Positions 54,660 through 64,000 of a DNA stretch of 64,000 nucleotides are shown in pieces. Location: positions 149,358,001 through 149,422,000 of the forward strand of contig NC_042998.1 of NCBI RefSeq assembly GCF_006345805.1, in the 5' to 3' direction. Each line of letters begins with the position of its first letter. Within the stretch, counting starts at the first letter, position 1. The notes beneath the pieces were generated by a model, which was not told the DNA's origin, did not search any database, and saw only the letters and a list, made by a program, of their open reading frames with translations. Source of the stretch: Octopus sinensis (taxonomy: Eukaryota). Both the position numbers and the translations under genes were made by a program.

Positions 54660-54945
54660 ACATATATGATGTATGTATGTATCTATGTCATTATCCAGTT
54701 TTATTTCAAGAGTTCTTGCCAACAGAGATAGCCGGTTTCTAACCGAGATCCAAGGCTCCTTCACTGGAATTTCAACATCAACAACGGGGTATTTTTGTAT
54801 ATATGTATGGGGGCAGATTTGTATGTTTTGTTTTATGTATATATTCTCATGCACATAGTTGCATGTCTAGACATACTCATATATACTTAAATGATAAACT
54901 TCTGTAAAGTTTTACAGATATTTAAAGTTCCAGTGATGTCTTGTA
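54660..54945 (-). mobile_element. RLE-type LINE extreme 3' end in (CATA)n
   Basis: ITGTLNICKTLQKFII* plus UTR, with (CATA)n on both sides. The ORF end is homologous to that of the neighbouring element. Confidence 0.6.
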
Positions 54946-55029
54946 TGTATGTATGTATGTTTTGTATGTATGTATGTATGTATGTATGTATGTATGTATG
55001 TATGTATGTATGTATGTATGTATGTATGT

Positions 55030-55740
55030 CTTCCCTTTTTCTTTTTAATTTAGAGTAAATTTTGACTGGCCACCGACTTGGTATCAAGGTCATGAAGGAA
55101 ATTACCTTGATTTAGCCGTCGTCCTTTAAATCTTAAGGTCTTGCAGATTTTTACAGTCCCAGATATCGTGGTTAATTGTAGCGTTTGAATTAAGGATTTG
55201 CATGCTCTCCCACCAAATTCCAAGTTCAGCCTTCCTTTGCCCCAGACGAGTTGGTATGTATCCTGTTGCTCCAATAATAATGGGTTTGAAACTGAAAGTG
55301 TATCTTGGTTACTGGATTTTCAAAGTCCTTGTCTCTAGATGTCCTCTTTTTCTTTTTTTCTCACCACATTCGTGTCCAGCAAGCAGCTGATTCCCACAAC
55401 AGAACATACCTTTTCTTTGTAGTCCCACACAACGATATCTGACTGATAGTACTTTAACTTAGTGGCTGTTTTAATTTTGAACTTCCACCAGTGTTCTTTC
55501 TTCCCATCGATCACAATATGGTCAAGTTCGTCTGTAAGTATTCTCTTCTTTCTGGCTACCGTATCATTTCTCATTGGAAGATAATAACCAGAAGACAATC
55601 TCTCACAGTTGGAAATAGTATGGTTGATGTCTTCAGTCTTGGTCTTCTACAGCGTACATTTGTTTTCAGTCAAGGTTTTCTGTTTTTTTATGTTCTAGAT
55701 ACTTGGCGGGGATATCTTATCCTTGAATTGCGTTGTAGCC
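55030..55740 (-). mobile_element. RLE-type non-LTR retrotransposon 3' fragment ending in (CATA)n
   Basis: WWKFKIKTATKLKYYQSDIVVWDYKEKVCSVVGISC (decayed PD-(D/E)xK), PIIIGATG, ISGTVKICKT. Confidence 0.75.
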
Positions 55741-56411
55741 TGTAGATATATATATATGTAAGCAGGCATGCAAACATACACACACACGCACGCGCACACA
55801 CACACACACACAAACAAGCAGCTTTAAGATACATCTTGCGGTTACTCTGGGTTGCATTGTCAATAATGATACTGGAGTCTCATAGGGTTTCCGATGTTTC
55901 AAATTCAGACATCCTCACCCACTTTACCAAGCCGGTGTTGATCAAGACTCAGCTTTCAACCCCAAAGCAATAAGCCACTAGTCTGCTCTCTTTGTCCAAA
56001 CTCACTTTGGGGCCTTCTCTACAGCTTCAGTGATGAAATTTATAACCCTCTTTTTGCTGCGCCCGTAACTCCAAGACAGACAGATAGGCAGATAGACAAG
56101 CAGACAGACAGGTAGGCAGACAGACAGACAGGTAGACAGGTAGACAGACACACAGGCAGACATACAGACTGGCTGACAGAAAGATAAAAAAGGAGAAAAT
56201 GTAATTGGTATTTTTAAGCATGTGAATTTCCGAACAAACTAGAAAAATGGAAAAGTTGCAAGCTTCACAACTGCAAATGTTATTTTATCCACACATGTAA
56301 GACATTTTGAAATAAGACAAATATACTGGCTTCAAAGTTTGGCTCAATGCCAGCAATTTTGGGAAAAATGTAAGTCGATTACATCAACACCCCACTCCCA
56401 GTACTTAACTG

Positions 56412-56663
56412 TGTTGTGGTGAGAGACATTGACATCCCTGTCGGTTTGGAAGAAGGGACTTGCTGAATTCTTATAAAGAGTAGCGTATTGGTTGAGGCGA
56501 GAAAAGTTATGGGAGTCGTTGATAGTTCGTGGAAGTCGTTGAGAGTTTGTATTTATTGGAGTATCGTATTTTAGTGGAGTAATATGAAGTACGTCAAGTG
56601 AAGAGAGTTGTGTATATTCCTGTTTCGTGAAATCTGTTTATCCAACGCATAGAAAGACATAAA
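56412..56663 (+). repeat. 5' LTR
   Basis: tgttgtggtgagagacattgac...agaaagacataaa, homologous to 60482-60729. Confidence 0.9.
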
Positions 56664-56665
56664 AA

Positions 56666-56678
56666 TGGCGACGAGGAT
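56666..56678 (+). promoter_or_regulatory. Primer-binding site, tRNA-Ser(GCU)-type
   Basis: TGGCGACGAGGAT directly follows the 5' LTR and is complementary to the ...ATCCTCGTCGCCA 3' end known for metazoan tRNA-Ser(GCU). Confidence 0.8.
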
Positions 56679-56819
56679 ATCCACTTTTAAAAGTGGTGAC
56701 GAGCTTATTCGAAGCTTACGTCGGACGTTGACATTTTCTTTTGATATAAAATCAAAGAAAGATTAATCGACATGGAAGATTTATTAGCCTCCGTAGTACA
56801 GTTGCAACAGCAACAACTG

Positions 56820-56987
56820 CAAGAGTCGAACAACAGTACTTACGTGTCGAACAGCAGCACTCAAGAGTCGAACAACAGTACCCAAGAGTCGAACAACAGT
56901 ACCCAAGAGTCGAACAACAGTACCCAAGAGTCGAACAACAGTACCCAGGGGTCGAACAACATGATCCAAGAGTCGAACAGCAGTTGC
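56820..56987 (+). repeat. 21-bp minisatellite (8 units) in gag 5' region
   Basis: caagagtcgaacaacagtacc consensus. It reads (RVEQQYP)n in the frame continuous with the downstream gag. Confidence 0.9.
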
Positions 56988-59900
56988 TGGAATTAGTGTT
57001 GAAGTCCAAAAATACGCAATTTCAGAATTTATTAATAACCCAGAAGAAGGTATTTATTTTTTCTGCATGTTTCCGAAAATATGAAGAAATCTTCAAAGAG
57101 GAATGCAAAAGTTTGACGGACTGTGAAAAGGTACGACTACTTTTAAGAAAATTATTCCCTGCCGAACACGAAAAATACTGTAACTACATTTTGCCAAAAG
57201 AACCATCTGAAATTTGTTTCAAAGAAACAATTAAATTGTTATCAAAAATTTTCACTGAGAAAAGTTCCCTGTTCAATACACGTTAGGAGTGTTTCGATTT
57301 AGTAAAAAATGAAGATTTCGCCACCTATGTCGGAGTAGTCAATCGAGAATGTGAAAAATTCAAGCTAAAAGAATTAACCTCGGTCATGTTCAAACGTCTA
57401 ATTTTTATTCAAGGGTTAATTGCAAGCAAAGATACAGTGATACGTGCCCGGATATTGACAAATTTAGAACAGGACCCGAATTTGACTCTGCAAGGAGTGA
57501 CAGAGGAATGTCAGAGAATTATTAATCTACGATATGACGCAAATAAAATCGATGAAAAGGATTACTCTCACACACATATGTGTCGACCTGTAACAGATAA
57601 GGAAAAAGAACGAATATCCATGATATGGGTGCGGAGGTCTATATTTTAGAATTAACTGTCTGCTTAAAAATTCTAAATGTTATAACTGTCATAAAATCGG
57701 AGATAAAAGATCACATTGCAAAGCAGGAAAAATAAAATGGTCGAACGGAAAAAATTCTGAAAATAGAAAACCTTGGCGTAACTCACAAACGAAAGTTTGT
57801 GTACATAAAAAATTAATAATGTGAACGTGAAGTTACAACTAGATACATGTAGTGATACTACAATTATTAACACTGACACACGGGGAAAATGGGAAAGCCT
57901 ACATTAATGGAAACTTCAAAAATTGCGAAAGGTGTCTAGGGAAAAAAATACATTTTGGGGGCGAAATGATAACTGGGGTTACATTTAGGGGTAAAACCTT
58001 GAAAGCAAAAGCTTTTGTACTAAATAATTCAATAAACTTATTCAGTACTGATTGGATGGAATTGTTTAATTTATAGTACCTCCCCATAAATCTGTTCTGT
58101 AAAAATATAAATGGTTTTTTTCGCCAGCAAAAACAAGTCGTCAGACGAATTGGAAGAAAAAGAAAAAAATTTCCTGAAGTTCTATCCGATAAATTAGGCC
58201 AGTGCACCAAGAAAAGTGTATGCTTTCAAATAAAGGAAAACGCCATACCAGTTTTTGAAAACTAAACGAATGGTAATCATCGCAAGCCAATGAAGAACTA
58301 GAAAGACTAAAAAAAAATTGAAGTTATCCAAAAAGTGGAATATTCTAAATGGACAACACCAACTGTGTATATTAAGAAAAAATGATAAAATCAGAGTGTG
58401 CGCTGATTTTTCCAGTGGTTTAAACGAATGTCTTAAAACGTGCCATTATCTGCTACCTACTTCGGAAGACATTTTTGCGAAAGTAAATGGTGGAAAGATA
58501 TTTTCTAAATTAGATCTCTCTGACGAATACCTACAAATTAGAGAAGACGACGAATGCTCAAAATACCTACCAGTCAACATACATAAAGAACTGTATAAGT
58601 ACAACAGGTTACTTTTGGGGTAAAAAGTCGCACCAGCGATTTTTCAACTGATTATGGATGCAATGTTAGCAGACTGTGAATTTCCAATTCCATATCTGGA
58701 TGATATATTCATTAAAAGCTAATCCAGGGATCAAAATGTCGAGCACGTAAACTATGTATTTGAAAAAAATTAAAGATTACGGCTTTACCTTCATTGAAGA
58801 AAAGTGTGACATTGTCATTTTGTTTTACTGGAAATAAGATATCTAGGACAAATTATTGACAGAAATGGACGACGACCTGACCCGTCCAGGGTAGACGCAA
58901 TTAAAAATATGCCTCCTCCGACAAATATAGTGACCTTACAAGCATTCCTAGGACTGACAAATTATAACCAAAATTATATCCCAATAAGCATAACTTTAGG
59001 GCTGAACTGAATAATTTGCTGAAAAAAGATATGAAAAGGAATTTGTCAGAAAATTTTCAAAAGGCGTTTGACAAAATTTTTTTAAAATATTAATATCTGA
59101 TTTGTCGTTAGCTCACTTCGATCCTTCACTGGAGATTGTTGTAGCTTCAAACGCTTCTGAGCATGGTATAGGAACAGTATTGCTACATAAATATAAAGAT
59201 GGTAACATGACGGCAGTGGTCATACCTCACGTACTCTGATATCAGTAGAGAAAAATTATAGTCAAATCGAAAAAGAGGCTCTAGTGATCATTTTTGTCGT
59301 GAAAAAATTTCACAGATTTTTGCACGGCAGAAGTTTTAAGCTACAGACTGATCACCGATTGTTATTATCAATATTTGGGTCGAAACAAGGAATTCCTACC
59401 TATACTGCTAATAGGTTACAACGTTTGGCGACGATATTATTAAACTACGATTTCAAGATGGAGTATATACCGTTCAAGAAATTAGGCCATGCAGACTGTG
59501 TATCAAGACTGATTTTTAAAAATGCGGAACCATCCGAAGATACTGTGATTGCTTCTTTGCAAACAGAAAATGAAATTAAAAGGTTCTGTCTAACGTCATT
59601 CGCGAACTGCCAGTTATGTTACTATACATAAAATCAAAGTCGTAGAACGATACATTCATTATAAAAATGAAACACCGAATGGGCAAAAAAATAAAAATAT
59701 GCGCAACACAAATGCGAACCATTTCTCATTGAGTCGTACAGCCAGCAGCACTACAAAAACGTTTACTAAAGGACTTTCATATTGGTCACCCAGGGATTTA
59801 GAGAATGAAATCGCTAATGATATGTTGCATATATTGGCCAACAATGGACCGTGACATTGAAGAGTCGGTGAAATCCTACAGAGGTCATCACCAGTAAAAT

Positions 59901-60470
59901 TCCAGTCGTGGCCTAAAACCGATAGTCTATGGACCAAGCTTCATATAGAATTTGCTGGACCAGTAAATGGCACGTATTACCTAATTGTAGTAGATAGTTA
60001 TACTAAATGGCAGGAAATATGTAGATGTAGGAAACCAACCTCTACGGTAACAATAGAATTCCTTCATGAACACTTTGCACGATATGGTGTCGCCTGCGGA
60101 ACTAATGTTTGCTCGAAAAATAAAGTTAATTTTTGACAAGCTGTTACCAGTAAGAAAAACAAATATGGAAACACTAGAAATATGACAAAATATCTTTATA
60201 TCAGTGACAAGTTTTTTTTTCAAAATATATAAGTAGAAGAGAAAGTTGAGAAAACGGAGTAGTAGCAAAAAGAAAAGGCAAAATGATGTATGTGATAAGA
60301 GGCAGAAAATGGGAACACGAAAGATATGAAAAAAGAAAAAAAGATACCTTTGATGCTCCAACGTCAAAAGAAGTCGAACCTAGGTGTAGCGGCTCAGAGG
60401 AAACAAAAAGAACAGCTGGAACTAGTGGCTAAACGGAAGAAATATTAAACTTCCCTGGGACGCAAATTTC

Positions 60471-60481
60471 AAAGGAAGAGA
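60471..60481 (+). promoter_or_regulatory. Polypurine tract
   Basis: aaaggaagaga abuts the 3' LTR start. Confidence 0.75.
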
Positions 60482-60729
60482 TATTGTGTTGAGAGTCATT
60501 GACACTCCTGTGGGACTGAAAGTATGAACTTGCCGAATTTTAATAAAGTGTAGCGAATTGGTTGCGACGAGAAAAGTTGAGAGTTCGTGGAAGTCGTTGA
60601 GATCGTTGAGAGTTTTATTTATTGGAGTATCGTGTTTTAGTGCAGTAATTTGAAGTACGTCGAGTGAAGAGAGTTGTGTATATTCCCGTTTCGTAAAATC
60701 TGTATATCCAATGTATAGAAGGATACAAA
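60482..60729 (+). repeat. 3' LTR
   Basis: tattgtgttgagagtcattgac...agaaggatacaaa, visibly diverged from the 5' LTR. Confidence 0.9.
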
Positions 60730-61100
60730 AACTGGTACTTAATTTATCGATCCTGAAAGGATAATAGGCAAAGGCGAGCTCGAAAGAATTTGAACTAAGA
60801 ATATAAAGGCAGACGAAATGCCACTAATCATTTTACCCGACGTGCTAACGATTCTGCCAGTTCACCAGCCTCAATAGGATTAATATATTGGTTTCAAATT
60901 TTGACACAAGGTCGGCAATTCCAGGGGAGGTGGCAGTCGATTACATCGACCCCAGTACTCAACTGGTAGTTATTTTACCGACCTCGAAAGAGTGAAAGAC
61001 AAAGTTAATTTCGATGGTATTTGAAATCAGAATGTAAGGATGGATGGATTCCCACTAAGCATTCTACCCGTCGTGCTAACGATTTTTTCAGTTCGCCGCC
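60730..61100. mobile_element. Two tandem copies of a dispersed SINE-like repeat (family D); the first is the Gypsy target
   Basis: gtcgattacatcgaccccagtactcaactggta...gtgctaacgatt...cagttc occurs twice. The 5' part of the first copy lies at ~56345-56411, and a related piece at ~34920-35010. Confidence 0.7.
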
Positions 61101-62399
61101 TTAATAAGATTAACATATTAACAACAAAAATAATTACAAAGGAAGACAAAGCTAGATCGGAAAACATTGAATAATATTGCTATACTATATAGAATTCCCC
61201 ACAAAAACTCACGCTTGATGACTGCAGCAAAATTCGCTAACACAATGTTAGATTACGCACAGAGACAACATACATAAACCACAAGCAAAAATAAAAATCA
61301 GACTGATAATTTAGACATCTAACGGTTAGCAATTTCCAAATTTTGGCGTAATATATGCGCCAATTACATTGGTTCTGCCTGCTATAAAGACGAAACAACA
61401 ACACCATCTTCATCCCATCCTGAAGATGGGATTGTGAAGATCCATAAATGCCGATGATAGATTTACGAACTGCAATCCTCCAAATAAACAAAGACTTCGA
61501 AACATTCTCTTTCTGTACGTGCAGCTAGTTGGAACTCCATATACCTGACGCCAGCAGGTTTCAGGGTTCATCATGAGAGAATGCATTGCTTTGTCTTTGA
61601 AGGCTTAACAACGCAAGAGCCCACATCACTGATGTGAAGCCCTATCTAAAAGTTCAACTGATTAGTGTTCGACTTCAAGTATATTTCAGGATCATCACCA
61701 TTCCAGCCAGGTTTCATTCTTCCTTTTCAGCTATATCCGATAGATGGCTCCCTCAACTAAAATACTAGAACATTATATTACATTTTCATTAGCGGTCTAA
61801 AGAAAACACTTTCCTCTGTGAGTGTGTGTGTGGGTGTGTGGGTGTGTTCTGTAATTGTGTGCGCGCATGCGTGCATGTGTTCTAAATATACATGCATGCA
61901 TATACACACATATATATATATATACATATATATGTATGTGTATATGTATGTATAGAAAACACATACACTATATATTCACACTCACACACAGACTCTTATA
62001 TAAAAATACGTATATGTTTATACATTTCTCTTTTTCTTCCTCTCATTTTCTCTCTCTCTCCCTACATATGTTTCTGTCTATCTATTTATTTATCGTTCTA
62101 TCTCAGTACACACACACACACACATTTATATATAAATAAAAATGTGTATGTGCGAGTATATATTTATATACATGTATATTTACCTATATATATATACACA
62201 TATCCACGCATAGAAGTATATCCTGTGTATGTTTCTCCGACTGTGTATACTTGCACTTTCTGCATATATAATTTATGCGACACGATGGTGTGCTGTTATG
62301 GTGCTGAAGAGAGATGAGATAACGTATCACATTGGAACATCTAAAACGATCGACACGATAAAATTAGCTCCGTCTACCAATTTTGAAGCCAGCTTCCGT

Positions 62400-64000
62400 T
62401 TTCCAACATTTTTTCTTTCCTTGTTTTTAAGATTTTCTTTTATATTTATCATTTTATTTTATTTCTATCTGTATTTTTTTTTAATTCTCAAGCTAAATTC
62501 TTTATCGCTTTTTTTCTTCTTCAAATTAATTCTCTAACTACCGTCTGTATTTCCCGCCTAATTCTCACACCACTTCGCCATTTTGTCTCCTATTCCACGT
62601 CTTCTCTTTTTTCTCTCTCTTTTCTTTGTTGTTTCCTTCATTTATTCTTATTCTTTCACTCTTTCTGCTCATCTCTTTCATCTCTCTCCTTCGTTGTTTC
62701 TCATTTATTTCAATCGTTCTTTCTTTCTCATAGAATTTATTCGCTCAAGTACAGACTTCTTCCTCAATCATTCATTTTCATAAATCCCTTACTTTCCTTC
62801 CTTACTTCCTTTTTATTTCTTTGTTTCTTACTTTCTTTTTTCTCCTTCCCCTTCTTCATTTTCCATCTTTGACTCCTTCCTATCACTCTTGTTCCTTCCT
62901 TTTCGACTCTTTCATTATCGCAGTCTGTCTTGATTTCCTTCTTTTCAGTCTGACATGAATTCCTTCTTCTCTTGCTCTTATATTTTCTCTTTCATAATTT
63001 CATTCATTCTGTTTTTCTTCTTCCATTCTCTTTCTCTTTCTAAGTCTATGTCCTGTCTATTTCTCTTTTCATTCTTTCAACCCTTGATAGCTAATATAGC
63101 CACACATTCATTTCCCTTTTTCATTCCCCTTCATTCAGGATTTACTTTTTTCAGCTGTTTGTTTCTCTTTTCATTCAATTTCATTCATACATACGTTTAT
63201 TCTCTTTAAAATACTCTTTCTTTTTCCTCCTCTCTTTCATTTTTTCCATATTATTCTTTCTTTCTGTTCTTCACCTTCAGTCATTATTTTCGGCTTTGTT
63301 TCCTTTTATTATTTCTGAACTACCATTCTTTTTACTACCCTTCTCTTTCCCTTATTCTTTCCTAATCTCTTTCCTTATTCCGTATATTCTTTCTTTTTCA
63401 ATCTAATTTATTTTCTCAGCTTGATTTCCTTCCCCGGTTATCCTTCACCCATTCACTACATTTTTTTATTCATTCGCATTTGTTTCATTCTCATCCGTTT
63501 CATTCGCATTCATTACAAATGTCTTTCAATATTTCATTCATTCTATTTTTACATTTTTCTTCAAACAATACATTCATACAAACACGCACAAACACACATT
63601 CATAAGTGTCTGTATGTGTATGCACGCAAGCGTGTGTGTGTGTGGGGGGGGGGGGGTGCGTGCGTGTGTAAGTTTCTTTTTGTCATTATTCCTTCTTCAC
63701 ACTGTGTTCGCTAAATTTTACGTGACTCATTCTTTCCTTCTTATATTCTTCCGACATTTTCTGTATTTTCTTCTCTTTAAAATTTCTTTCCAGATATCTT
63801 CATTCAATGATTTTTCTATCATTCATTTGTTCCTTCTTTTATTCTTTACTCATAAATTTCTGTCTTGTATTATATTTCTGTATAAATTCCTTCATTTACC
63901 TACATATCTGCGTTACTTCCTTCTTCATTCCTTTCTGTCAGCGTTCATTCATTCATTCTTTTGCCCTTCTTTTCTTTTTATACAATATATTTTTAACTGC
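62400..64000. repeat. Pyrimidine-rich (TTC/CTTT/CATT) low-complexity region
   Basis: Strong T/C bias on the plus strand. The Phe/Ser/Leu-rich ORFs are compositional artefacts. Confidence 0.8.

Larger units (their letters stand above)
56412..60729 (+). mobile_element. Ty3/Gypsy LTR retrotransposon (Mag-like), complete but decayed
   Basis: Two ~250-bp LTRs, PBS, PPT and TSD AACTG (56407-56411, 60730-60734). Gag VRLLLRKL..AEHEKYCNYILPK, protease LQLDTCSDTTII, RT RVCADFS/KLDLSDEYLQI/YLDDI, RNase H YSQIEKEAL..F..KKFHRFL.GR.FKLQTDH, integrase HIEFAGP/LIVVDSYTKW. Confidence 0.95.

Overview
Eukaryotic, AT-rich, microsatellite-saturated non-coding DNA. The SINE/LINE/microsatellite mix resembles an octopus-like cephalopod genome (inference). 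I can support no intact host gene, rRNA, tRNA gene or CRISPR array, and most listed ORFs are translations of simple repeats. The window is a stack of decayed mobile elements: a near-full-length RTE LINE (4.3-8.8 kb) and two RTE fragments; CR1-type LINE pieces (26.4-28.0, 30.8-33.7, 45.5-49.2 kb); restriction-like-endonuclease (R4/Dong-type) LINE 3' ends; three Tc1/mariner remnants; a hAT-like transposon; a Ty3/Gypsy LTR element with both LTRs, PBS, PPT and TSD; a Penelope-like RT/GIY-YIG remnant; and several tRNA-derived SINE families, often nested. The most notable signal is a set of unrelated type I hammerhead-ribozyme folds found by hand (9063-9105 -, 12498-12592 +, 38313-38373 -, 41812-41869 - / 42078-42136 +, plus relics). 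Most sit in outward-reading palindromic Penelope-type pseudo-LTR units, and one has a 474-bp direct-repeat period like a retrozyme. Also notable: a PHD-type C4HC3 finger inserted inside the RTE reverse transcriptase, a SINE head joined to the RTE 3' end, and a CR1 copy split at its own ATATAT codons by a microsatellite and a second CR1. All assignments come from manual reading and translation; no searches or folding programs were run, and element boundaries are approximate unless a TSD or TIR is quoted.
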